Shown: positions 19,313-29,149 of the stretch, piece after piece
How positions within the stretch are numbered: position 1 is the first letter of the stretch
How the letters are laid out: every line of letters starts with the position of its first letter
The notes under the pieces: generated by a model
Seen by the model: the letters and a program-made list of their open reading frames with translations, nothing else
Told to the model about the DNA's origin: nothing
Databases searched by the model: none
Translations under genes and position numbers: made by a program
Origin: Candidatus Latescibacterota bacterium
Lineage (GTDB): Bacteria; Latescibacterota; UBA2968; UBA8231
Direction: 5' to 3'
Assembly: GCA_965217585.1 (NCBI GenBank)
Contig: OZ244561.1
Span: 5,696,001 to 5,760,000, forward strand
DNA length: 64,000 nucleotides

Positions 19313-20176
19313 ATGTCTTTTTTAATTCTTACTTTGCTGCTAGCCATCCAGATAACGGCGTGCGACTATTGGAGCCCGACACAGTCCTTTGATTCATCCG
19401 ATGTTCCCAGGCGGCCGGAACGTGTTTTTCTTGGCGACGATACCCGCTTCAATGAGAGTCGTCATTTCTCCCTAATTCTCTGGAATTGGCCCGCAAGTGC
19501 CGTAGATGCTATTTATTTTTTACCACTTAACGAGGCCACCGGTTATGGTATAGACGATCCCGATTACAGGATATACGTTTTTGTGCGGTCATCCAAGGCC
19601 GAACCAGCGGTGCTGTGCCGCGACGATGGACAAGCCATTGATGGGTTTCAGCTAAACCCTGCCTTCGCAGAGGTCTGTATTGTCGATGGCCAAATAACCT
19701 TGCGCAAAAAGCAAGACTACTCCTTTAAGGACAATCCCGTCTCTCTAAGGATCGTCCCCACAGTAGAAGAACCCTACCGACGATCAGAATTCCTCGTGAC
19801 GACCGGAATACGTCTTACTAGCGATACTTCTTTGCGGTTTGATAAAGACGGCTTTATTCGAGATCTGGTAAATTGGCCGGCGAGTGCTGTAGATAAAATC
19901 TATCTTGTACCGCTTAACGAGGCCACAAATTATGGTCATAGATATGACCCTGATCAACGAATATACATTTTCGTACGGCCGTCTGGACCAGCGGTGCTGT
20001 GCCGCGACGATGGACAAGCCATTGATGGATTTCAGCCGAACCCCGCCTTTGCAGAAGTCTGTATTGTCGATGGCCAAATAACCTTGCGCAAAAAGCAAGA
20101 CTATTCTTTTAAGGATAATCCCGCCTTTTTATGGGTGGCTCCAGTACCGAAAACTCCAAGACAAACCGGCGGCTAG
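19313..20176 (+). CDS. Putative lipoprotein with a tandem internal domain duplication
   Basis: Lipobox-like ITAC; two copies of NWPASAVD.IY..PLNEAT.YG...PAVLCRDDGQAIDGFQ.NPAFAEVCIVDGQITLRKKQDYSFKDNP; lower GC. Confidence 0.7.
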   Translation: MSFLILTLLLAIQITACDYWSPTQSFDSSDVPRRPERVFLGDDTRFNESRHFSLILWNWPASAVDAIYFLPLNEATGYGIDDPDYRIYVFVRSSKAEPAVLCRDDGQAIDGFQLNPAFAEVCIVDGQITLRKKQDYSFKDNPVSLRIVPTVEEPYRRSEFLVTTGIRLTSDTSLRFDKDGFIRDLVNWPASAVDKIYLVPLNEATNYGHRYDPDQRIYIFVRPSGPAVLCRDDGQAIDGFQPNPAFAEVCIVDGQITLRKKQDYSFKDNPAFLWVAPVPKTPRQTGG

Positions 20177-20228
20177 GGGAGATGTTCTGCGCTATAGATG
20201 CAACCCAGCTTCTTTCGTGGAGAAAGCC

Positions 20229-20816
20229 ATGTTTATTTTTCCTCTGCTCGGTATAGTCCTGTTGATAGGTAACGCCGCCGCGGACCAAGACCCCTTGGCC
20301 GACCGGGGCAACTGGGCGTTGGGTGTAGCCCTGCCTTCCAGCAGCGAACTTAGCCTCAGCCTGTGGAAAGTACGCTCTCCCGTCACTGCCCTCGGCCTGG
20401 AAATAGATTTTTCGTCGTATTACAGTGATCACACTTCCGACGACTTCGACAACCCCGACCGATACGATACCCGATCTCAGTATCGTTCTCTAAGGCTGCA
20501 ACTGAGTCCTACCATCAAACACTACCGCCCCCTGCACGACCAAGTCGCCCCCTTTATTTTTTATCAAGCCCACGCGGATTTTTACAATCGCCGATCAGAC
20601 ATCGACTCGGGGACACAACGCATCAGAACCAATAGCGCTCTAGGGCTGGCGCTGGGTTTGGGTGCCGACTGGTTCCCCTTCCAACGCATCAGCTTGAGCG
20701 GCCAGACCGGACTAGACCTGAGCTACCGCTACGAAAAACCCCGCTCTAACAGTAGTATGTGGGAGTGGTCCCTCAAGACCTTCCAAACGGAAGTGGCGGC
20801 GCTAGTATATTTTTGA
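20229..20816 (+). CDS. Putative outer-membrane beta-barrel protein (paralog B)
   Basis: Shares PLA.RG.WALGVALPSS, PTIKHYRPLHD, WFPFQRISL.GQTGL and TFQ.EV.AL.YF with 18668-19264. Confidence 0.72.
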   Translation: MFIFPLLGIVLLIGNAAADQDPLADRGNWALGVALPSSSELSLSLWKVRSPVTALGLEIDFSSYYSDHTSDDFDNPDRYDTRSQYRSLRLQLSPTIKHYRPLHDQVAPFIFYQAHADFYNRRSDIDSGTQRIRTNSALGLALGLGADWFPFQRISLSGQTGLDLSYRYEKPRSNSSMWEWSLKTFQTEVAALVYF

Positions 20817-22376
20817 CGCCGCCCTGTCCGCGCTGCCAACCCGATCCCTCACCAGCAGCGTCAGCCGCTGCCAGCAAGCATCGTCGCGCGCGGGATGGTC
20901 GCAGTTGTAGTGGACGCCGCGGCTTTCCAAGCGCTGCCGCGCCGAGCGGGCAATGAGCTGAGCCACGGTCGCCAAGCTGCGTAACTGGACTAGCTCGGCG
21001 TCGAGCCGGTGCTCGCGGTACAAGGCTTCAATTTCTCGCGCCATCCGCTCCGTCTCCTCACAAGCCCGCTGCAAACCTCGGTCGCTGCGCACGATCCCCA
21101 CTTCGTCCCACATCAAGCGCCGCAGCAACTCCCGCCGCTCCTCCAGCGCATCATGTGCAATAGGATCACCCGTATGCTCCATCTCGAATCGACCCATAGC
21201 CACGGGCGCAACGGTCCTAGCGTGCTCGACAGCGCGCCGCGCAAAGACCAACCCTTCCAACAGCGAGTTGCTTGCCAGCCGGTTGGCCCCCTGGAATCCG
21301 CTCATCGCCACCTCGCCGGCCGCGTATAGACCCGCGATATCCGTCTGGCCGTGCGCGTCCGTCCACACCCCACCACAGCTATAGTGAGCCGCCGGCACCA
21401 CCGGAATCGGCGTCTCGGTCATGTCCACGCCCATCCCCAGACAATGCTGATAGATGTTGGGAAAACGGCGGCGGGTCTGGTCCGCATCTTGGCCAGTGAC
21501 GTCCAAATAGACGCACTCGGCACCGCTTTGCTGCATCTGTGCGACAATAGCCCGTGAGACCACATCGCGCGTCTGCAACGGGTCGGTGAACGCCGTGCCA
21601 CACTCGTCGATCAGCACCGCACCAAAGCCGCGCAAAGCCTCGGTAATCAGGAATGAGGGTCGTCCAGGATCGTAGAGCATGGTCGGGTGGAACTGCATAA
21701 ACTCCATGTTGCTCACCCTCGCTCCGGCCCGCCAAGCCATGGCGACCCCATCGCCGGAAGCCACGCGCGGGTTAGTGGTGTGCAAAAAGACCTGCCCGCA
21801 GCCGCCCGTGGCCAGCAGCGTAACCGGTGCCATGGCGGCGATGGGCGCGGCTTGCTCCGAGTCCAATACCCAAGCCCCGTGACAACGCCGTTGATCGTCC
21901 ACGATCAGGTCCACGGCCAAATGGTGATCGTACAGGGTCACCTGCGGCAGCGCTTGCACGGTCGCGACCAAGGCGCGCGTCACCTCGCGGCCAGTCATGT
22001 CGTCCGCATGCACCACCCGCGCATGCGCGTGGCCACCTTCGCGCCCCAACGCGAACACCCCGGGCCGCGCTTCGTTGAACTGCGCGCCAATCGCCAGCAG
22101 TTCGGCCACCACCTCCGGCCCTTCGGCCACCACTCCTTCGACGATCGCGTGGTCGCATAGCCCAGCGCCCGCCGCGAGCGTGTCCTGCGCGTGGCTAGCT
22201 ACTGAATCGGCCGTATCCATGGCCGCGGCAATGCCGCCTTGCGCATATTGAGTGTTGGACTCGCGCCGCTCGCGCTTGGTCACCACGGCCACGGACCCGT
22301 GCTGAGCGGCCTTGAGGGCAAAGAACAGCCCGGCAATACCGCTGCCGAGAACGAGATAATCCGCCTCGATTTTCAT
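20802..22376 (-). CDS. nadB: L-aspartate oxidase
   Basis: GSGIAG, AQGGIA, REGGH, QFHPT, LITEALRG, AHYSCGG, NRLASNSLLE. Confidence 0.95.
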   Translation of the reverse strand: MKIEADYLVLGSGIAGLFFALKAAQHGSVAVVTKRERRESNTQYAQGGIAAAMDTADSVASHAQDTLAAGAGLCDHAIVEGVVAEGPEVVAELLAIGAQFNEARPGVFALGREGGHAHARVVHADDMTGREVTRALVATVQALPQVTLYDHHLAVDLIVDDQRRCHGAWVLDSEQAAPIAAMAPVTLLATGGCGQVFLHTTNPRVASGDGVAMAWRAGARVSNMEFMQFHPTMLYDPGRPSFLITEALRGFGAVLIDECGTAFTDPLQTRDVVSRAIVAQMQQSGAECVYLDVTGQDADQTRRRFPNIYQHCLGMGVDMTETPIPVVPAAHYSCGGVWTDAHGQTDIAGLYAAGEVAMSGFQGANRLASNSLLEGLVFARRAVEHARTVAPVAMGRFEMEHTGDPIAHDALEERRELLRRLMWDEVGIVRSDRGLQRACEETERMAREIEALYREHRLDAELVQLRSLATVAQLIARSARQRLESRGVHYNCDHPARDDACWQRLTLLVRDRVGSADRAASKIY

Positions 22377-25036
22377 TTGATAAAGACCATCTTGTTAGAG
22401 AGGGCAATCGGCCCGATGCGCAACACATAGTAATACATACCGCTGGCCACGCGCTCGCCCCGCTCGTCGCGGCCATCCCAAGAGGTGCTGTACAATCCCG
22501 GAGCCGCCAGGTCCTCGACCAAGTGCCGCACCAAGCCGCCGGTCGCGGTGCGGACTTCGAGCTCGACCATGGTCTGGCCGGCGACGATGGGTTCGTTGAT
22601 CCCGATCTGATAGTCGATCTGCGTAGCCTCATTGAACGGGTTGGGGTAATTCTGCCCCAAGGCAAAGTCCAAGGGTATGCGCGGGTCGAAGTTGAGGAAG
22701 GGCCGCCAGTTGACATCGCCACTGATCCGGGCCTCGATCCAGCTCTCGTCCTCGTTCCCCCACCAGTTGTTGGTCGCCTGCAGCGGTTGGTTGGCCCGGT
22801 TGTCGAGCAATTGCTCACTGTCTTGGACGCCGTTCAAGACCAACCGCGCCGGTACCGTGCTCCCATCCACTCGCAGGGCCAACGCATTGCGAGTGAATTG
22901 ATTGCGCACAATACGCGGGCGAGCGCTTTTAGACCAAAGGCCGACCTCGTGATTGTACAGCGTGTTGTCCTCGATCTCGACCTCCCGCGTCTCCACGCAG
23001 TAAATCCCGACCCCACCGGCAAACGCATTGCCCGCCACCTCGCCGCTGACCCCCCGCCCCAAGACCAAGTTGGCCTCCTCGGGCGCGGCCGAGCCGTTGG
23101 CGTTGAAGCGGCTGTCGAGCAACGACAAAAACCCGCCCTCGCGCCAGAGTCCGGCACGGCCATTGGCGCGTAGCTCGGCTTGGTTTATCCGCGTCAAGCC
23201 CCGGCCGGAAATCCAAATGCCCATCTCACCCGCTGCCTCGACCTGTACGCCGTCCAAGAGGATCTCTTCGTCAATCTCCTCTAAGCGAATGCCGTCCGCG
23301 CTAGCGTGGTGGACTGCCACCTCTTCCAAGGTCAGGGGGTGGTGGAGCTTCTCGGCCAATAGGCCATAGCGGGCGTGTTCGATGCGGGCGCGGCGCAAAT
23401 AGGCCAAGGCCGTTGGATGCAGCACGAGGCCCTGCCAATCCCCGGGCTGCGGCTCGGCCGCGGCCGAGCGGAAGACGGCCTGTCCCCGCCCCAAAGTGCC
23501 GACGTTGAAGCTGCCGTACACCCTCAGTTCCACGCGCGCCGTATCCGTGCCTGCGGCCAGCGCGTCTGGTCCCACCAGCACCTGTGCGCCAGCGTGGACA
23601 TCGAGCCGCCCTGCGGGCAGGACGGTCACGTCGCCGACGACCTCAATGCGGTCTCTCCACACCTCGACATCGGCAATCGGGCCGGCGCGGCGGCGGTCTT
23701 GGAGCTTGAGGTCGGCCACCATCCGGTCGCCCTCGCGGCGGATGCGGGTCACGCTAATCCCAGGCGTGGACGCTGGGTTGGACGCAGCCCAGAAGTCGGT
23801 AAATTGCTCGCCGTCAAACACGTCGGTGGCGTCTCCAAGGTTGCCGCCAAACTCCGTGCGATAGCGCCCGTCGTGCGCCCAAAAGTCGAGGTTGTCGCGG
23901 CCGCTAAACGGGGACGGCTTGCGACCCAAGGGGAAACCCGCATCGCCAAAAAGCCCATCGGCGCATACTAAGTCCACCTGTTTGTTGGTTTCCGTATTGT
24001 TGCCGTTGCGAGCGGGGTTTATGCGCCAGATCAGCAAGCCCTCGCCGGGCAAATTGCGCTCGTAGTAGCTGTGCTGGCGGCTGCGGAACTCCACGAGAAA
24101 GAAGTGCTCAGCGGGCGCGAGCGCGGGCAGCAAATACACTGCGCCGCCGGTATTGACATCGGCAAAGATCGCGTCGTCCTGGTCCGCGCTCAGCACTTCG
24201 AGCTGTTGGTTGTTTACTCCCAGCCAGCCGAGTTGCCCCAAGCTCCAGGCGCAAAAGGGGTTGGGGCCATCTACCTCGCCCCAACCTCGATTGCCGTGCC
24301 CCATCAACCCCCAATAGCCAATGCCGCCCGAGTCGTCGTCCGGCTCGGTCCCAAGATCGCGGTCGTACAGGTCCGGCAGGCCCAGAAAGTGCCCAAACTC
24401 GTGTGCCATGCTGCCTACAGCCTCGACAAAAGACCGCCCGCGCTGCACGGCACCGCTTTTCGAGTCAATCCGGATGAAGCCGCCGAGTAGGGCGCGGTCT
24501 TGGCTCACAAAGTCGCCGTACAACCCAAGCTGGGCGACGCCCGTGGCTTCTTCGGTTATAAAACCCGTCGGGGCCGAGGCCGAGACGATAAAAATAAAAT
24601 CCACGTATCCATCGTCGTCGCCGGAGTTGGGCATTCCGTCGGGGCCGTCGTTGTCGTAGCGGCCAAAATCCACATCGGCATCGACGGCCTCGATGACCTC
24701 GCGGGCGAAGCGGCCAAAACCACTCTCCGCGTACACGTCGGCATTGCTGTGGGCCGCGTACCAGCGGGGCAGCACCTCGCCGGTGAGTGTGAACTGACCG
24801 CGCGACATCTCCCGGTAGAAGTGGGTCAGGCTGCCCGGCTGCTCGGCGAAAATCCCCGCCGCAAAAGACGGGACCTCCCTGCCCAAGCCGCGCTCGTCGG
24901 CAAAGTGCGCGAAGATGGTTAGGGCGTGGATGTGCCCGGTTTGGGCGATGACGTCTTGCAGGGGAGCCGCACCGACCTCGGCAGCCGCGACCCAAGCGGC
25001 GACGAGCGCGTTTTTGGCAGCAGGTTTAAGCATCAA
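22373..25036 (-). CDS. Secreted M6 (immune inhibitor A-like) metalloprotease with beta-helix repeats and FlgD-Ig/T9SS-like C-terminal domain
   Basis: HEFGHFLGLPDLY zinc motif, WGLMG Met-turn, [26 protein letters not shown]...WDGRDERG..VASG.Y. Confidence 0.85.
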   Translation of the reverse strand: MMLKPAAKNALVAAWVAAAEVGAAPLQDVIAQTGHIHALTIFAHFADERGLGREVPSFAAGIFAEQPGSLTHFYREMSRGQFTLTGEVLPRWYAAHSNADVYAESGFGRFAREVIEAVDADVDFGRYDNDGPDGMPNSGDDDGYVDFIFIVSASAPTGFITEEATGVAQLGLYGDFVSQDRALLGGFIRIDSKSGAVQRGRSFVEAVGSMAHEFGHFLGLPDLYDRDLGTEPDDDSGGIGYWGLMGHGNRGWGEVDGPNPFCAWSLGQLGWLGVNNQQLEVLSADQDDAIFADVNTGGAVYLLPALAPAEHFFLVEFRSRQHSYYERNLPGEGLLIWRINPARNGNNTETNKQVDLVCADGLFGDAGFPLGRKPSPFSGRDNLDFWAHDGRYRTEFGGNLGDATDVFDGEQFTDFWAASNPASTPGISVTRIRREGDRMVADLKLQDRRRAGPIADVEVWRDRIEVVGDVTVLPAGRLDVHAGAQVLVGPDALAAGTDTARVELRVYGSFNVGTLGRGQAVFRSAAAEPQPGDWQGLVLHPTALAYLRRARIEHARYGLLAEKLHHPLTLEEVAVHHASADGIRLEEIDEEILLDGVQVEAAGEMGIWISGRGLTRINQAELRANGRAGLWREGGFLSLLDSRFNANGSAAPEEANLVLGRGVSGEVAGNAFAGGVGIYCVETREVEIEDNTLYNHEVGLWSKSARPRIVRNQFTRNALALRVDGSTVPARLVLNGVQDSEQLLDNRANQPLQATNNWWGNEDESWIEARISGDVNWRPFLNFDPRIPLDFALGQNYPNPFNEATQIDYQIGINEPIVAGQTMVELEVRTATGGLVRHLVEDLAAPGLYSTSWDGRDERGERVASGMYYYVLRIGPIALSNKMVFIK

Positions 25037-25250
25037 ATTCAGGTGGGGGCCGGATCAAGCGGCCCGTTTCAACTTGGACCTAGCGTATTTGATACTCTCT
25101 GTGGGGAGATTGCCCAAGAGTGGCCGTTGCGTCGCGTTTCTACCGACAAGACGCATGACGCAGTCTCTATACGGGTACGTCGTTTTAAGCGTTTGGTGAA
25201 TTCGGGTGGTACTTTTGGCGTGGGAGGCATATTTCAAATTATTTGGGCCT

Positions 25251-26804
25251 CTAACGCTTGTCAACATAACCTCGGCTCCAGTCAATCTGCACGCCGCCGT
25301 AGTACCGCAGCCGCTGGTCGCGCTGAATGCGGTAGCGGCTGCTCAGCCGCCAGCCGCGATAGGTAAACGCCACGAGCGCGTAGCCGCGCCAGCCCGTGCC
25401 GTAGAGCGGGCGGATGCTCACGGCCCCGGGCAGATCCACCTCGTATTCGTAGATCCGCGTCCAATACGAGTCCGTGCGGAAGCGGCTCACGTGCAAGGTG
25501 AGCCAGCGCGTCTTAAACCGCACGCTGCCCAAAAGGCCCCATTCGGCGCGGGCGGCGCGGTGCCAGCGCACCCACTCGCCGCGCCAGCGCCAAGCCCCCC
25601 GATCCAAGTCCAAACGCCATTTGTGGCTGCGCTCTTGGGCCAACTGCTCGTCCGCCCAGCGCGGCCGCAGGCGTCTCTGCCACTGCCCGCGCATAGCCCA
25701 GCGGCGACCCAACCGCTGCCGCAGCTCGCCTCCCCAAGTGGCATACGTGGCCGGCACGGGTATGAAGTAGGAGCGCGCGGGCCGGCGGTACACGTCCGCG
25801 TATGCGCGCCAACCCCGCCCGCTGACTTCTGCAACGCCACCCCGTTCGTTTTGCATGGCCGAGGTTCCCGGAGCCGCGCCAAAGAAGCTGTGGAACCCCG
25901 GCGCGTAGTAGCGGCCCAGCGTCCGCACCCGCAGACCCCCATACCGCACCCGCAGTTCCCCGACCACACCCCAATGCCCTACCCCATCGCCAGCCACCTC
26001 CAACGCCGCTCGGCCCCGGCCCCAATCCACGCGCACATCCACGGCCCCCATGCGCTGCTCGTCGCCGACAAAGCCCCAAGGCGTCCGCCCATTCCGACGC
26101 AAGTCGAGACGGTGGGAAAAGTCCAAGGCCAGCAGGGTCGTACCCCCCTGCCAACGCTCGCCCCGCCAGTGCAGCCGACCGCCACCAGCGCGGATGCCCA
26201 GCAGATCGCGGCCGGCCATCTCGGTCGCCGTCACGTGATAGCCGCTTTCGGGCAGGGATCGCACCTGGCCCTGATCGTTCAAGCGCCCATCTCGGCGCGT
26301 CCAGCCCCCGAGTACGACCCCACTCCACGCGCGGCCCTCGTAGCGCCATGCCACACCGCGCAGGGCGTGGTTCTCCCCGCTAGAGCGATACCCCAAGCGC
26401 CGACTGTCTCCCGCTGGCATCCTCGGCGCGATACTCCCGCGCCGGCTGCGCCCAAACACCAAGCCCGCCCCCGTGCCGGGCCGCAGGTCGCCGACGACCC
26501 ATTCGGACCGCTGCCTCTGCACCGCGTAGTAAAACGTCCTAAAATCGCTCCAGCCCGACTCGCCTGGATCGCGCTCGGCCAAGCCAAAAAACGCCTGTCC
26601 GCTGACCGGCACGCCCTCCACCCGCTGATACAACTGCCACCGCTCCCGAGCCGCCTCAGCCCCGCGCACCCGCCACCGCACCGCCACCGCTTCTAGCCTT
26701 CCCAAGTCGTCCAACCGCTGCTCCAAATAGCCCGCATCCTCGTCCCCCAAATCCCCCTCTGCCCACACCGGGCCGACCAACACCAACACCCACAGTCGCC
26801 ACAT
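25251..26804 (-). CDS. Putative outer-membrane beta-barrel protein related to the C-terminal part of FCB-group ComEA/HhH-domain proteins
   Basis: AGGAGG RBS, signal peptide, Trp/Arg-rich strands, ERDPGE, GAGLVFG, IYEYEVDL...LYGTGWR; family assignment from memory of the pattern. Confidence 0.6.
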   Translation of the reverse strand: MWRLWVLVLVGPVWAEGDLGDEDAGYLEQRLDDLGRLEAVAVRWRVRGAEAARERWQLYQRVEGVPVSGQAFFGLAERDPGESGWSDFRTFYYAVQRQRSEWVVGDLRPGTGAGLVFGRSRRGSIAPRMPAGDSRRLGYRSSGENHALRGVAWRYEGRAWSGVVLGGWTRRDGRLNDQGQVRSLPESGYHVTATEMAGRDLLGIRAGGGRLHWRGERWQGGTTLLALDFSHRLDLRRNGRTPWGFVGDEQRMGAVDVRVDWGRGRAALEVAGDGVGHWGVVGELRVRYGGLRVRTLGRYYAPGFHSFFGAAPGTSAMQNERGGVAEVSGRGWRAYADVYRRPARSYFIPVPATYATWGGELRQRLGRRWAMRGQWQRRLRPRWADEQLAQERSHKWRLDLDRGAWRWRGEWVRWHRAARAEWGLLGSVRFKTRWLTLHVSRFRTDSYWTRIYEYEVDLPGAVSIRPLYGTGWRGYALVAFTYRGWRLSSRYRIQRDQRLRYYGGVQIDWSRGYVDKR

Positions 26805-26830
26805 AGTCCTTCCTCCTTTGTCTGGACTCT

Positions 26831-26846
26831 TGCAATGACTGTGCCA
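26831..26846 (-). promoter_or_regulatory. Sigma54 (-24/-12) promoter
   Basis: Minus strand TGGCACAGTCATTGCA matches TGGCAC-N5-TTGC, 26 nt upstream of the ATG at 26804. Confidence 0.7.
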
Positions 26847-26970
26847 TGAGGCGCGGTCAGTGGTGAGGCAGTGGCTAGTGTATCCTTTATTCCCTATTCT
26901 GTTTCCTTTAGGTTACAGTCCCAAGCAGGCAATCGCCGAGGCGGATTGGGGCCCAAAAAAGAAATCGTAC

Positions 26971-27783
26971 ATGAGAACCCTCAAATACAGCATTTTGCTC
27001 GCCAATGCCCTGCTCATCGCCTGCGGCGACGACGACAATCCCGTCGAAGGCAGTGGGGACCATACGATTGGGAATGCAGCGAGCCGTGGGCAGGGACAAC
27101 TCGCCGCCGCTCAAGAGCACGCTGGCGGGGATAATACCATTGGCAATGCAGCGAGCCATTGGCGGGGGCTAGAGCTCCGCCCCGAGAGTAGATGTTCCCC
27201 TTATAAGCGCAGCGACTATCGCTACTCGCAGTCTGTCGAGCTAGCCATTATCGAAGGACTCGGCGGCATCTACAGCCCGTACACTGGGCGCTGTTTTGCT
27301 AGTCAGTGGGAGACGGACATCGAGCACATAATCGCGCTTTCCGAGGCGCATGACAGTGGGCTATGCGAGCCTGCCCCCAACATCATGCAGCTACGTCGAG
27401 CCTTTGCTTCCGATCCGCTCAATCTGACGCTTGCCAGCCCTGAATTAAACCGCGACCGCAAGCAGCACTACGACGGTGCCGAATGGATGCCGCCCATGAA
27501 TAGATGCTGGTTTGCCCAGCGCATCGTTGAAGTGCGCAGAAAGTATGGCCTCACTATTGACCGCAGAGAAGCGGAGGCACTGGAGCGCATACTGTCGGCC
27601 TGTGCCTCTGTCGAGATGGAGTTTATTGATTGTGCAGCGGCGCTTAGCGCGTATGACGACGACGGCAATGGGCGCATCACTTGCGCGGAGGCGCGACGGC
27701 ACGGCATAGCTCCCGTCAGCAGTAGCCATCCGGCGTATCCGTTTATGCACGACGGGGATGGCGACGGCGTCGTATGCGAATGA
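26971..27783 (+). CDS. Lipoprotein HNH-type (DUF1524-like) nuclease with C-terminal Excalibur-like Ca-binding domain
   Basis: Lipobox LIAC; DIEHIIALSEAHDSG, DPLNL...N; ITCAEAR...YPFMHDGDGDGVVCE. Confidence 0.8.
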   Translation: MRTLKYSILLANALLIACGDDDNPVEGSGDHTIGNAASRGQGQLAAAQEHAGGDNTIGNAASHWRGLELRPESRCSPYKRSDYRYSQSVELAIIEGLGGIYSPYTGRCFASQWETDIEHIIALSEAHDSGLCEPAPNIMQLRRAFASDPLNLTLASPELNRDRKQHYDGAEWMPPMNRCWFAQRIVEVRRKYGLTIDRREAEALERILSACASVEMEFIDCAAALSAYDDDGNGRITCAEARRHGIAPVSSSHPAYPFMHDGDGDGVVCE

Positions 27784-27883
27784 ACCCATCATCCGGCTCG
27801 AATCGCCGCTGGCCGTATTCTATAAAGTGTGTAATGACAACACGCTGAAATACCTTCTATTGCAACTCAAAGGAGCACCCCAC

Positions 27884-28702
27884 ATGAAATTCACCACCTG
27901 TAACGAGTACTTCACCGACTGGCCCATTGAAGAGGTCTTCGACTACGCGGCCGACCTCGGGTACGACGCCGTCGAAATCGCCCCCTTCACCCTCGCCGAC
28001 AGCGTCGAAGACATCTCCGCGTCGCGCCGCGCCCAAATCCGCGCCGCCGCCGAACGAGCCGGCGTGGAAATCGCGGGCCTACACTGGCTCTTGGCCAGCC
28101 CCGACGGGCTGTACATCACCCATCCCGACCCGGCCATCTACCGGCGCACCCGCGCGTACTTCAAGGAGCTAGTCCAATTCTGCGGCGATCTCGGCGGCCA
28201 AGTCATGATTATCGGCTCGCCCATGCAGCGCAACCTGCAGGAAGGTTGGAATTACCAAGATTGCTGGAACCGCATGCGCGGAGCCTTTGAAAACAGCTTG
28301 GAGTTGGCTCAGCAGCACGGCGTCTATCTCTGCATAGAGTCGCTGAGCAAGGAGCAGACGAACATCATCACCACCTGTGCAGAAGCGCGCAAAATGGTCG
28401 CCGAGATCGATCACCCACACTTCCAAACCATGGTCGATGTGTGCTCCGGCTCGACCGAGGCAATTCCCGTCGCTCAGCTTTTGCGCGACTCCGGCCAGCA
28501 CCTCTACCACGTCCACGTCAACGACGCCAACAAGCGCGGCCCCGGCTTTGGCAACACCGACTTCGCCAGCGTCATGCGGACGCTAAAGGAACTGGATTAT
28601 CAGCGCTACGTCTCGGTGGAAGTATTCGATTTTAGCCCGGATCCGCGCACCATTGCCGCCGGCAGTTTGCACTACCTCAAGGGCCTCGCTGCCGCACTGT
28701 GA
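27884..28702 (+). CDS. Sugar phosphate isomerase/epimerase (D-psicose/tagatose 3-epimerase-like TIM barrel)
   Basis: GYDAVEIAPF, IES, HVHVND, GPGFG, VSVEVF; AGGAG RBS. Confidence 0.88.
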   Translation: MKFTTCNEYFTDWPIEEVFDYAADLGYDAVEIAPFTLADSVEDISASRRAQIRAAAERAGVEIAGLHWLLASPDGLYITHPDPAIYRRTRAYFKELVQFCGDLGGQVMIIGSPMQRNLQEGWNYQDCWNRMRGAFENSLELAQQHGVYLCIESLSKEQTNIITTCAEARKMVAEIDHPHFQTMVDVCSGSTEAIPVAQLLRDSGQHLYHVHVNDANKRGPGFGNTDFASVMRTLKELDYQRYVSVEVFDFSPDPRTIAAGSLHYLKGLAAAL

Positions 28703-28774
28703 CACAAGCCCATCTCCCTTGACAGTAGCGCCCTTTTTGCGAACTTTCGGGCACTCATAAAGAAAGGGTTCTTC

Positions 28775-29149
28775 ATGCCCAACTACACCTTCAACCACAT
28801 CCACCACGAGGCCACCGATGTCCATGCCGCGGCCGCCTGGTACAGAAAGCTCTTCGGCGCCACCAGCGATCCGCCCTTTGAACGCGGCGGTGCGACTTGG
28901 ATCCCGGTCCACATCGGCGCGGTGCAAATCACGGTCACGGACCGCGAGTTTGCCCCTATGGAGCTGGGGCGCTACCAGGGCTACGACCACCTCGCCCTCG
29001 TCTCCGACGACTTCGATCAAACCCTCGCCGACATCGCCGAGCACGGCGTCGAGATCTGGATGGGGCCGGTGACGCTCGATGACGGCAGCCGCATCGTCTT
29101 CATCAACGGCCCAGACAACGTCAAGATCGAATTAATGGAGCAAAGCTGA
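28775..29149 (+). CDS. VOC / glyoxalase family protein
   Basis: FNHIH, YDHLAL, FINGPDNVKIEL. Confidence 0.88.
   Translation: MPNYTFNHIHHEATDVHAAAAWYRKLFGATSDPPFERGGATWIPVHIGAVQITVTDREFAPMELGRYQGYDHLALVSDDFDQTLADIAEHGVEIWMGPVTLDDGSRIVFINGPDNVKIELMEQS

Noticed and set aside
19480-20125. Diversity-generating retroelement TR/VR pair
   Set aside because: Both copies are in-frame within one ORF, the differences are not adenine-specific, and there is no reverse transcriptase in the window
25206-26696. 496-aa plus-strand ORF
   Set aside because: Pro/Ala-rich antisense shadow of the minus-strand barrel gene, which has an RBS, signal peptide and promoter
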